Source: Novakomyces olei
Lineage: Eukaryota
Reading direction: 5' to 3'
Length of the DNA stretch: 64,000 nucleotides
Assembly: GCA_016906335.1 (NCBI GenBank)
Contig: JADEYG010000009.1
Location: 186,001 to 250,000, forward strand
Position numbers and translations under genes: made by a program. Positions 36,114 through 47,622 of the stretch are shown here, in pieces. Every line of letters begins with the position of its first letter. Position 1 is the stretch's first letter. Below the pieces are notes generated by a model, which had not been told where the DNA came from, ran no database searches, and saw only the letters and a list, made by a program, of their open reading frames with translations.

Positions 36114-36842
36114 CTACATTATGGTGCAGCCCTTGCCATCCCCTGGTGGCGTTGGATTAATCTGCTTCTCGACCTCTGCAATAATCAGTTCGAAAGCCTT
36201 TGCCACGTTTTCATTATGACGGGCAGACGCCTCCGTCCAGGCTGCCTTCCACTCCTGTGCCAGTGCCTTGCCTTCCTCAGACGAAACAGCACGCTGATTC
36301 GCCAAATCTGCCTTGTTGCCAATGATAACAATAGGCACCCAGTCCGTCCCCGTATGATTCAGTATTTTATCGCGAATAATTTTGATCATCTCAAAGGAGC
36401 TTTTGCTGGTAATGCTGTATACGAGCACGTAGCCATGAATGCCGATGCTGTGTTTCGAGTTCAGGATCGAGTACTCGTCCTGGCCCGCCGTGTCAATAAT
36501 CTCAGTCGCATAATCCTGGCCCTTGTAGCGGATTATTTTGGAGAAGGTGTTTTCTATGGTGGGATAGTAAGACTCGACGAAATGGTTCTCCACAAATTGG
36601 ACAGTGAGCGAGCTCTTTCCCACCGATCTGTTTGCGTTAGAATGCAACGGAGACAGTTTGTTATTTGCAAATCGACACAGCAGTTTGAGTCAACATGGGC
36701 CAACACTGATAGTGGAAAAGAATAAAGCGATGTATCCAGATCGACCGACGCTGTGCCGATCGATTCTGTACCACGAAATATCGTATATACAAACTTACCG
36801 TGAGCCGAGCACTGCTATTTTTCTGCTCTTTGGCGGTGCCAT
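36114..36842 (-). CDS. RHB1: Rheb small GTPase (exons 36842-36799, 36627-36114)
   Basis: [43 protein letters not shown] (Rheb-specific Arg in the G1 box), DTAGQDEYS, GNKAD, SAR, CaaX CTIM*. Confidence 0.96.
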
Positions 36843-37461
36843 CGGGGATGTTAATATACTGTTTCCTGACTAACAATGAATTCAGCACTCGTGGCCGTGT
36901 CGCGCTCGAATTTCGAACGGCAGATTGTACTGTGTTTGCTGAATATGTAATTGACTGGCAAACTCGTTTCTATATTTGTGTAGTAGTATAAGCATAGAAT
37001 AAAGCGCCATACACAGTTTGACACGTCTGCGCGGTGTAACGATTAAAGTGTGTAACATTATAGCAATGTTACTTGTTGCCACTGACGATTTTATTGAATT
37101 TTTTTGCCTACTTTATAAAGTTGCTCGCAAGTACTACACAGTTCACGTGCCGCGAGAATCCATATGTGTCCATTATGAGGCGTCTTTTACTTTTGAAATT
37201 AAAAACATATATCGCGTTTTTGTAATGTGCAGGTATCGTTACTGCAGATTATCCTGTATTATCCGGTATATATATATAGATAGACACATATAGACAGCAA
37301 TCATAAAGTACGACTAGAACCTCGACACAAAATAAAATAATCAATTAAAACTGTCCTGTGCCTAATTTAGTGTAATCCGGCGATATAGAAAAATTTATAT
37401 TAGATAAAAATAAAAATAATTAAAATAATCAAAAAAAAAGTTTGAACATTAGACCGGCACA

Positions 37462-40054
37462 ATGCTTCTGCGAAGCAGTTTCGCGTGGCGCGCAGTATGC
37501 GCTCACGGCAGAAGCGCACTGCAGCGGCGTGCTGCTTCAAGCGTTGCCGCGGCTCAGGACGAGATTACCCGAGCTGCACAGCAAGATCCGGCGGCAGTTT
37601 CGCATGCGACAATTTTGCAGAATATGAGCCAGGCTGATGCAGACCGTTTGCGGTGGCAGCGCAATATCGGAATTTCCGCCCACATTGACTCGGGGAAGAC
37701 TACGTTTACGGAGCGCGTTCTTTTTTATACAGGAAGAATTAAAGAAATCCATGAGGTAAGCTCAATTGTTTTAGTGTTTTTTACATGAATGGGCACGGCG
37801 AAGCCAATTGAGTTTGTTTACCATTATTCGCGGTTGCGAAGCTTTCTATTGCGTTTCTGGATGATCGCTCTGCGATGAAAATTGTGTTGCATGGTCCTTC
37901 AGTCTAGGTTTCGACTAATTATTTATTATTTATTATTTATTATTTATTATTTATTATTTACTATTTATTTATTATTCAACTATTCTAAACAGACACAAGG
38001 TCAGGGGTCGCGACAGCATCGGAGCGAAAATGGACCACATGGAACTTGAGCGGGAAAAAGGTATAACGATTCAGTCAGCCGCCACCTACTGCGACTGGGT
38101 CAAGTCCGAGCAAGGCCAGGATAATACTTACCATATAAATATTATCGACACTCCCGGCCATATTGATTTCACGATCGAAGTAGAGCGGGCACTGCGAGTC
38201 TTGGATGGAGCAGTACTAGTTCTCTGCGCTGTCTCTGGCGTACAGAGCCAGACAATGACAGTCGACAGGCAGATGCGCCGGTACAATGTGCCGCGTATAA
38301 CGTTTATAAACAAAATGGACCGTATTGGATCCAATCCCTGGAGGGCAATTGACCATGTAAACAAGAAACTCAAGATTCCAGCGGCCGCTGTGCAGATCCC
38401 GATAGGAGAAGAATCCGGTTTCAAGGGCGTAGTTGATCTTGTAAACATGGAGGCAGTTTATAATCGTGGAGAGCGTGGAGTACAAATAGTACGTGAGCCC
38501 ATACCATCAGAGTTACAGGAACTGGCGCAGACGAAGCGTGATCTTTTGATTGAAACCCTGGCCGATGTAGATGATGGCATGGCCGAGATCTTTTTAGCTG
38601 ACACTGCGCCCACATCGGCCCAGATACAGGCGGCTATTCGCAGGGCTACGACTGCCCTCAAATTTTCTCCTGTTTTAATGGGCTCGGCTCTGGCGGATAC
38701 AGGAGTGCAACTAGTCCTCGACGCTGTTTGTGATTACCTGCCCACACCTGCTCAAGTGGAAAACACTGCACTCGACAGGCAGAGGGACGAAGCGCCTGTC
38801 AAGCTGGTGCCTTACTTACAGCAGCCTTTTGTCGGCTTGGCGTTTAAACTGGAAGAAGGCAGGTATGGCCAACTAACGTACATCAGGGTCTACCAGGGCA
38901 CTTTACGCAGGGGCAGCACTATATACAATAGCGCCAAGGGCAACAAACGTGTCAAAGTCCCGCGGTTAGTAAGGATGCATTCAAACGATATGGAGGACGT
39001 TGAGGAAATCGGCGCTGGAGAAATCTGTGCCATGTTTGGCGTTGACTGTGCCTCGGGTGATACTTTTACCGACGGAGCATTGCAGTATACAATGTCGTCC
39101 ATGTACGTGCCTGACCCGGTGATTGCCTTGTCCTTGAAGCCCAAAGGCAAGGAAACTCCAGCTTTTTCCAAAGCACTGAACAAGTTTCAGCGTGAGGATC
39201 CAACCTTCCGTGTGCACATTGACTCGGAGAGTAAAGAGACGATTATCTCGGGTATGGGAGAGTTGCACTTGGAGGTTTACGTTGAGAGGCTGCGTAGGGA
39301 GTACAATTGCGAGTGTGTAACTGGCCGACCTCAGGTGGCCTTTCGTGAAGCAATTACTCAGCCAGCTGCCTTTTCGTACACCCACAAAAAACAAACCGGT
39401 GGAGCCGGACAGTATGGGAAAGTTGAAGGGTTCATTGAGCCCATGGAGGCTGGTGAAACTGAGGCTGTTGAAGACGCGGCAAGTAATAATAAAGGCAGCG
39501 AAAATAAAAATAAAAGTACCGAATTTGTTAACCGTGTGACGGGCGGAACCGTACCGGCACAGTACATTCCGGCAGTGGAAAAGGGATTCGAAGACGGGTT
39601 GCAGCGCGGATTTCTCGTGGGCCACCCGATCCAGGGCGTCAGGTTTGTTCTGGAAGACGGGGCTGCTCACAGTGTTGATTCCTCAGAATTAGCTTTTAGA
39701 CAGGCAGCAATTTTTGCGTTTAGAGAGGCTTATTTTAAAGCCGGACCCGTGGTTATGGAGCCCGTAATGGCCGTGGAAGTGACTGCGCCTACTGAGCATC
39801 AGGGTACAGTCATCGGTGGGTTGAACAAGCGCAAAGCCAGTATTGTGGACACGGAAATCGGAGAAGACGAATTTGTGGTTAATTGTGAAATTCCCTTGAA
39901 TAATATGTTCTCCTACTCGTCAGAGATCCGTGCGCAAACTCAGGGCAAAGGAGAGTTTACCATGGAGTTTTTGAAGTATCAGCCAGTGGCAATGGACGTG
40001 CAAAAGGAGTTGGTGGCAGAGTATAATAAAAAGCAGGCCAGTCGTAACGCGTGA
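37462..40054 (+). CDS. MEF1: Mitochondrial translation elongation factor G1 (exons 37462-37755, 38000-40054)
   Basis: Arg-rich presequence, [73 protein letters not shown]. Confidence 0.97.
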
Positions 40055-40558
40055 TAATCAAAAATTTGCAAATATAGAATTATATACGACTACGCTGAAG
40101 ACTAAGCTTTTTCACTATTCTTTTATTCGCATTTGGGCAGCATTGCAATCAATGATAACGGGAGGCTTAACGGGTGGCAAGCAGTTTTGCTTTGTGATTG
40201 TTGGCATGCTTGCTCGTGTTCTCATTTCTCTGGAACTGAAGGTTGATTTCCAAAAAGTACCTGTTGTTTTAGACATCATCGCCGTGTTTTCGTGGCATCA
40301 TATTGCCAACATAGAGCAACCATCATGACGATTAATATTATAAAGATTACAACTTGCTCGTCACAAGAGGACCCAATCTCCAGCACGCTGGTACTATGAC
40401 GTAAATGGCTATACAGAGCATGATAAATCGTTCAATTAGCAACTAAGAACAGAGAAAAATAGACAAGTGCAGGTGTCTCCGGGCAGAGGACAAGGTATCT
40501 TTAATATGTAGCATCTCTTTCGTAACCATACTATCAAGAGCACCGTCAAAAGTCACTT

Positions 40559-41060
40559 CTAATCGAGGCCATGATCCGTAAGCCGGGCACGCGGCCCCTC
40601 GTCCTTGCCTCGAAGGCCGCCCTAACCGGTTAGAATAAAGCTTATGGTAACCAAGAACGAAAAGATAAGGAATGAAAGGAAGGGATAAAAAAGAAGAATA
40701 AAAGACTAATTTAAATAAATTTAAATCAATTTAAACCATGAGGCACCGTGATGATCCTAAACAGCAAACTCTATAAATTTGGACTTAAACGAAGGAGCAA
40801 GCCAAAATAAATACCTCAACGATCAGCTTGTCTTGCTGGTACATGCGGGAAATAGCAGCTTGTCGACGGACGAGGGAAAGGCTGCGGGAAGCTTCTTCTG
40901 CCAAAGCAGAGATGCGAACAGGATCTTGCTCATGGAGGTGCTGCCGGAACCCGTCGCGCGTACGGCGCACGGCGTATTCGCGAAAATTGTAAGGAAAGTT
41001 CTGTGCCGCCCTTAGAAGCTGACGATAAGTCGTGCGCAGCTGAGCTGGCGAAGTCGGCAT
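40559..41060 (-). CDS. ISD11: LYR-motif Fe-S cluster assembly protein Isd11/LYRM4 (exons 41060-40815, 40621-40559)
   Basis: TYRQLLR, YNFREYAVRRTRDGFR, LSLVRRQAAISRMYQQDKLIVE, then intron GTATTT..TTCTAAC..TAG and GGLRGKDEGPRARLTDHGLD*. Confidence 0.9.
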
Positions 41061-41748
41061 TATGCTTGTCTGGTTTAGACCGTCGTCTTGTTTAGTCTTG
41101 ATTTGGAGATTAATTTTTAATTAGTCAATAAATTATTATATTATTATATTATTATATTAATTAATTAATTATTATATTAGTTAATTAATTATTTCTATTA
41201 TCAACTAGTATTACTCACTTTTATGATTATCGATAATAATAATGTCGTTGTGACACATACTTTAAACCGCAATATTGCGCGATAAGACCCAGTGTTGCTT
41301 ATAAAGTATACACATCGCTGATACATTACCCTAATCTTTTTAATCTGCAAGTAACCTCCTATAGCTATCAAATCTATAAAACAGAAATATGACGCGTTTT
41401 TCACACGTTTTCTTTAGCTTGATGAGCAATGCATGTGTCATCTCGAATTTCTTCCTAACCGACAGTCTCTGCGCAAACCCGTCCGTCGTGCTCCACTGCC
41501 CACATTTTTAACGAGTTTAAAGGCAACAAGAATCTGCCGCTATGCTTGCAAGGCAGCAACTGTGCAGAGTCTGATATTTTAAAAGTATTCGGGTCTGATC
41601 TTACTGCCCAACTGGTCTCCTGTTTCCTGTACTGCTCACACGCTTTTTCATCTGGCCGATCGGCGTCAAGATTGGAGTATCTACTGACTGGGCAGGGAAA
41701 GGAGTATTAGAAGATTAATTTAAAAAAAAATAGAAAAACAAAACAGAG

Positions 41749-42967
41749 ATGTTTACACGGCCAAGCACGGGCTCGCCGGCTCACCATGGGTGTGGAGCAA
41801 ACACTCCTCTACTCGGCCGGTTTGACAGCGCAAGCGAACTGCCTTTGGATCAGGACAAAGTTGAAGGCTCTAGCGGCCAGAATGCTTCTCAGAATAGTAC
41901 TAATGAAGCCGGCAACGATATCGCGCGGCCATTGTCGCCTTATGCGGCCGCGGGAGCTCCTCTGCCCGCAGTTCTTCCTCAAGTAACGTGCCTTGTCCGT
42001 GCACGTATCCCCACTGTCCATGGTACAGAGATCTTTTTACATTTATATCGCAACAGCGCGGATACAAAAGAGCATTTAGCTATCGTCTTTGGAAACTCTA
42101 TCCGCTCACGGTCGCTGGACGCTGTGCGGCCCGGTGAAACTGAGATGGATCGTATGATTAGAGGCGCTTACAATGGCCGTCTTTACCCTGGCCGGCAGAG
42201 TTCGTATGATAGCCCAGTGGCAGATATTGCAGACGGTACTACGACCAGTAACGCTCCGCCTGGGACGGTGCCCGTAGAGTCACACACTTTTGATCCGGAA
42301 AAGGGGCCTTTAGTTCGGATTCATAGTGAATGTTACACCGGCGAAACTGCCTGGTCTGCCCGGTGTGATTGCGGTGAGCAGCTGGATGAGGCGGCACGGT
42401 TAATGGATATTGCCGGCGAAGGCGTTATTATCTATCTGCGGCAAGAAGGCCGGGGCATTGGTCTCGGCGAGAAATTAAAGTATGCCGCCCGCTTTGCTTT
42501 GAGATTGGTTTATTTTGTCTTTGCTAAATTGTTGCTTTTGTAAATTTATTGGATACAGATATTACATTTGATAATAGTATTTTTCTTTTTTTCTTTCTTT
42601 CTTTGTATTGCGTGCGTTTGCTATATACTTTACGGCACTTCTAACATATCATAGAGCATACAATTTACAAGATTTGGGAAGTGACACGGTGGAGGCAAAC
42701 TTACTACTGCAACATCCAGCCGATGCACGGTCGTATGGAATTGCGACGGCAATGCTGATGGACTTGAGTCTTGATCGCGTACAGCTTCTCACCAACAATC
42801 CGGATAAGGTTCAAGCAGTCGAAGGGCCTCATCACGAAGTGAAAGTGACGGGTCGAATTGCAATGATACCACGATCATGGCGAGGTGAAGCTGGTGGTGT
42901 TACTGGCGACGAGGTGGGACGATACCTCCGTACAAAGGTCGAAAAAATGGGTCATTTGTTGTCATAG
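41749..42967 (+). CDS. RIB1: GTP cyclohydrolase II, first step of riboflavin biosynthesis (exons 41749-42479, 42655-42967)
   Basis: [92 protein letters not shown]. Confidence 0.96.
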
Positions 42968-43265
42968 TAGCTTGTGTTTTGGTTCTGTATTTACACCTCT
43001 AATTTAGATCATTCGTTCTAGAAGAGCTGGTCCTTATTCGAAGTTTAGTGCTTTGCGTATTGCAATCATTGTTTCAGTACAAGTCCAATATTCGTACGTT
43101 TTAAAGAGCAAAAGATAAGTCAGGGCACATCAAGATCTTAAACTAGAAGCGAATACTGCAGACCTGTTGAGAACAGCAAACTTATTCTTCATTTCCACGA
43201 GTTTAACTTTGTGAGAAGGCTTATAAAGCCGCAATACTCGACTCGACGTTCGGCTCTCACACTGT

Positions 43266-43334
43266 ATAAATATAACTAGAAAAATAAATATAACCAGAAA
43301 AATAAATATAACCAGAAAAATAAATATAATCAGA
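43266..43334. repeat. 18-bp tandem repeat x~3.8 (ATAAATATAACCAGAAAA) upstream of CUS2
   Basis: Consecutive units starting at 43266, 43284, 43302 and 43320. Confidence 0.85.
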
Positions 43335-43483
43335 GTAACTATACTCAGAGTAATAAGCACAGTAAAAATATAGCCAAATATCGACCAGTTTATGAGGCAC
43401 ACGTAGTGCGACGGTACGAGCAATCCAACCTGCGATAGCAATCACTCAGCAGCCAAAGCCGCAGAGCACAGCAAACACAGGCG

Positions 43484-44563
43484 ATGCAAGTGCCGCCACC
43501 TGAGAACAGCAGCGAGCCAGAGTTCGATCAGGTTAAAGGCCGCTGGACGGTTGAAGTGGAGACAGACGGCACTGAGTGGGAGTACGATGACTCGCTGCAC
43601 CGCTGGGTGCAGAGCATCGATGACGATGCTCTGCGGCAGCAGCAGTTAGCCTATGGAGGCACAGCAGATGAGGCAGATACAAAGCCTAAAGGCAAGCGCA
43701 AGAGAAAGGCAGTTGCAGTGGAAAAAGAGCCTCAACAAAACACGGCAGTTTACGTGACAAATCTGCCGCAGGATGTGACAGAGGACGAATTGGCTGCCGT
43801 GTTTAGCAAATGTGGAGTGCTTAATGTAAGCGTGGACACGGGCCGTCCACGGATCAATATATACCGCGATCAACACGACGTGCCCAAGGGCGATGCTCTC
43901 GTAGTGTACTTTAAACCACAAAGTGTGGTAATAGCACTGCAAATGCTGGACGACACTGAACTCCGGCCGGGCCAGCGTATGCGGGTTCAGGCGGCGGAAA
44001 CACGGTACAAGAAAAGTGCGGCAGAACAAAAGTCTGCGGCTGCGGAAACTCAGTCTTTGGCGTATGAAAAACGGTTAAGAGCTCATAAAATGGCAGAAAT
44101 AAATAGTCGACTGGCAGACTGGGACGATGTGGATGGAAGACAGATCGTTTCCGGTGCCACACTGGCCGGAAATCACACTAGTTCTGAGCGCTGGAATAAA
44201 GTAGTCGTTCTTCGACACGTTTTTACTCTGGAGGAAGTTAAGGACGCTGCAGCAGAAATGGATATTCGCGACGAAGTACGTGAAGAGTGTGAGCGGCTCG
44301 GCCAGGTTACTAATGTAGTACTTTACGATCAGGAAGCAGAGGGCATCCTGACTGTAAAATTTCGAGAAAAGGAGGCAGCGGCGGCCTGTGTGGATTTGAT
44401 GGATGGCCGCTGGTTCGCTGGGCAAAGGTTAGAGGCGTCGCTTTACGATGGACGGCAAAGGTTTAGGAAAACGAGCAAGGCAGGAGAGCATTCTGGAGAG
44501 GGAATGAGCGAAGAGCAGCGGCTCGAAAAGTTTGGCGACTGGCTTGAGAAGGAGGGTGCGTAG
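43484..44563 (+). CDS. CUS2: U2 snRNP-associated protein Cus2/Uap2/TAT-SF1 (RRM + UHM)
   Basis: NTAVYVTNLPQDVT, FSKCG, PKGDALVVYFKPQSV, SRLADWDD, VVVLRHVFTLEE, EECERLGQVTNVVLYD, MDGRWFAGQRL, RLEKFGDWLE. Confidence 0.92.
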   Translation: MQVPPPENSSEPEFDQVKGRWTVEVETDGTEWEYDDSLHRWVQSIDDDALRQQQLAYGGTADEADTKPKGKRKRKAVAVEKEPQQNTAVYVTNLPQDVTEDELAAVFSKCGVLNVSVDTGRPRINIYRDQHDVPKGDALVVYFKPQSVVIALQMLDDTELRPGQRMRVQAAETRYKKSAAEQKSAAAETQSLAYEKRLRAHKMAEINSRLADWDDVDGRQIVSGATLAGNHTSSERWNKVVVLRHVFTLEEVKDAAAEMDIRDEVREECERLGQVTNVVLYDQEAEGILTVKFREKEAAAACVDLMDGRWFAGQRLEASLYDGRQRFRKTSKAGEHSGEGMSEEQRLEKFGDWLEKEGA

Positions 44564-45213
44564 AGCGCCGGACATTGTGTAGGGGCTTTCAGATCGCGCA
44601 GAGTGCTTGAGCACTTTGCCACAGTGGAACCGTACTCGCCAATTGTTCTTGGGAACTGTACATATATAAAAAGTTGGGCAATGCAGATCGCGACAAGGTT
44701 TAAACATGATTTTAGGATTTGTGAGGCATGTTTTTTGGTCCTATCTTGGCGCACAGCTGATGGTTGAATGGTTGAATGGCAGAATTGCTTTAATTCACGG
44801 CAATAATCGGTCTCTGTATTGGGTTGGAAATATATAAATATATAAATTTCAGATAGTAAAATTCAGATGTTAAAATTCAGATTATTATCTGTCTAGTATT
44901 AGCTGTTTAGCGAAATGAAGTTATATAACGTGCATTAAGAATATGTATTTTCATCTTTTGGAATATAGAATTTTATAGTATGGAATTTTAGAATATGGAA
45001 TTTTAGAGCCTTTCAATATTTAGTGAATAAATAACTTATCGGATTATATAAAGCCACGACTACGATCGCAGCGAGTTGTAATTAATTTATTTAATATATG
45101 GCATTACAGATAAAACAATATGGAGAAAATATATAATTTTCGTGTACGAAAAAATTCATAAATATTGCAAATTAAATTACAAGCGCTGAAATCAAATTTC
45201 AGCAATCGACCAA

Positions 45214-46898
45214 ATGGCGGCCGCGCCTGCAGCGCAAAGCAGCGCAAACGAATCAGTTGCAATTGCAGCAAAACAGCGCGGCAATGATTTTTACAAGAAT
45301 AAACAGTACAAGGAAGCGGTAAATGAATACTCTACGGCAATTGGTATGAAATTTTTTGTTTGTTACCTTTGTCGTTTGATATACGCTTGATATCGCTGTG
45401 CGTTTGTCAAGTGGGTACAACATGTCGAGATTTTTGTCTGTCTTGGCGGTTTTCAGCTTTACGCTCTTATCGTCTCGTTAGATATGCATGGTCATTATTA
45501 CATTTTAGATTAATTAATTAATTTTTATTTTTTTATTTATTTTTTATTTTTTTTTATTTTTTTTTTTATTTTATTTTTTTTTTTGTTTATTTATTTATTC
45601 TAACCACATCTGACCTGACAGATTTGGATCCACAGAATGCTACTTATTGGGGAAATAGAGCAGCTGCTTACATGTTACTCGGTGACTACGCAGCAGCTCT
45701 TTTCGATTCACAATCAGCCAATCGTATCGCACCTGGTGTAGCAAAGACGGAAGCTCGAATTGCGCAGGCACAATCTCAGCTTTCCGTCATTGCTCAGGCC
45801 GAGGCAATGGTATCGGACGGACTTGGCGGGCTCGCCCAAAACAAGCTTGATCAATTAACAAGAAATTTTGCTGGTTCTGAAATTCCAGCGGCCTGGCGGC
45901 TTTTACGTGCTAAAGCTTTATTAAATACTAATAATATTCCGTCGTCTAAAGAAGAGGCGGAGGCAATTGCTGTTAGCATTTTGCGACAGGATCCTAAAAA
46001 CACAGATGCCCTACTCCTACGTGGTCAAATCCTCTATAAACTTGGTGAATCCGCCCGAGCGATTCAGCATTTTCAAGAGGTTCTTAAATTATCACCCGAT
46101 GCAGTCGAAGCCCGAAATTTGTACAAAAAAGTGAGAGCAGTAGAGGCCGCAAAGGCCCAGGGAGCTGAAGCGTTCCGGATACGTGATTATGCCAGTGCGC
46201 GTGACCACTATGAACAGGCATTGGCGGCTGATGCGGATCACAATGAAGGCTCTATTATTGCTGCAAGGCTCTACTCCAATCTAGCTCAAGTATCACTTCA
46301 GTTGAAGCGCCCAGAGGAGGCAATTTCTTACGCCGATGCAGCTTTAAGGATAGATGCGCAGTACAAAAAGGCACTTTTAACAAGAGCCCGAGCCCGGGCT
46401 AAATGCGAACAGTGGGAGGAGTCAGTTAAGGATTTCCGTTCAGCCTTAGAAATGGAACCCTCTGACCAGCGACTGGCTCGGGAACTAAGGGAAACTGAGT
46501 TGGAGCTGAAAAAGAGCCGTCGCAAGGATCATTACAAGGTTTTGGGAGTGGAGAAATCTGCGACTGAAATTGAAATTAAACGGGCCTACCGTAAAGCTGC
46601 CCTTGTTTACCATCCAGACAAGAACAAGGGTGATTCAGGTTCGGAAGCCAAATTTAAGGAGATTTCTGAATCTTATGAAATATTGGCTGATCCTCAAAAA
46701 CGGTCGGCTTTTGATAGCGGAGCCGATATTGCTGCTGATGATTTTGGTGGAGGAATGCACCATGCTGGAGCTGGTGCGGGGGGAATTGATCCCGAAGTAC
46801 TGTTCCAGATGTTTGGTGCTTCTGCTGGAGGGGGCCGTGGAGGGTTTGCCAGTGATTTCGGGTCACGACGAGGGTTCTCCTCGTTTGATTTCGAGTAG
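45214..46898 (+). CDS. TPR-repeat + J-domain co-chaperone, DNAJC7-like (exons 45214-45343, 45622-46898)
   Basis: TPR clamp residues [45 protein letters not shown]-domain KDHYKVLG...[13 protein letters not shown]...[11 protein letters not shown]; Gly/Phe-rich tail. Confidence 0.92.
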
Positions 46899-47622
46899 AA
46901 TCCAATGGCATTTGTCTTATCTGATAAGATCGACCAGAGAAAAAATTAGATTAGACTTTTGAAAGTCATTCTTTTCTCGCTTTGAATTTGACGGAAATAT
47001 TGGGTAAAGGCATTAACTCGCAGGCATTCCGTATTCAACTGTATGCTACTCTATCAAAATTCAAAAGGAGCCCTGTTTGAAGTTAAAATAGGGGAAAATC
47101 TTTTGTAATAGTCATGAATCTAATACTATGAAAAGCAATGAAATGCGAACCCTGACACTGCTTGAATCCTTTCGCTAACGCAGAAAACACAGACAATAGT
47201 GTAAAGAAAATGAATGGCTTTCAAGGTAGATAAATAGAACGTTTCCAATTTTTCAACATCGAGTTGTGAATATGTAATTGTGCCGGTCTTTTAGTCATAG
47301 AGTATTGCACAAAATTTTCATGTTGCGTAGAGCAGTTTTTGTACAATTTTCTTGGGGAAATTTAAAATGAAATAATAAAAAATCGGAACACAAATGAGAA
47401 AGCGCGAATGGCCATCACGATATGAATTGAATTAAAGTCAAACAAAACAAAATGAATTTGAATTTGAATGAAAACAAAAAACAAAAATAAGAATAAGAAT
47501 AATGCTACTTTACAAGGAGTGTTGGCAAATCACAGTTATACAATAATAAGCGACTTTCAACCAAGTAGTATCTACCAATCGCTCTGCTCTTCGCCTATTT
47601 TCCTCTTTTTAAATCCAATTTT

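Noticed and set aside
31685..36842. Proximity of CCZ1 and RHB1 as a vacuole/TORC1 gene cluster
   Set aside because: Only two genes, separated by an unrelated one; compatible with chance without synteny data.
38192..38194. Possible CUG codon reassignment as in some yeasts
   Set aside because: CTG encodes conserved Leu in EF-G (ERALRVLDG) and in Hsh49 (VGNLDE), consistent with the standard code.
40152..40239. Possible box C/D snoRNA (ATGATAA...CTGA)
   Set aside because: Box C is imperfect, terminal-stem geometry is wrong for a K-turn, and I recognised no rRNA/snRNA complementarity.
41585..41695. Bacterial-type FMN riboswitch upstream of RIB1
   Set aside because: The conserved RFN-element sequence blocks are not present; only the intron/helix arrangement is kept as a finding.
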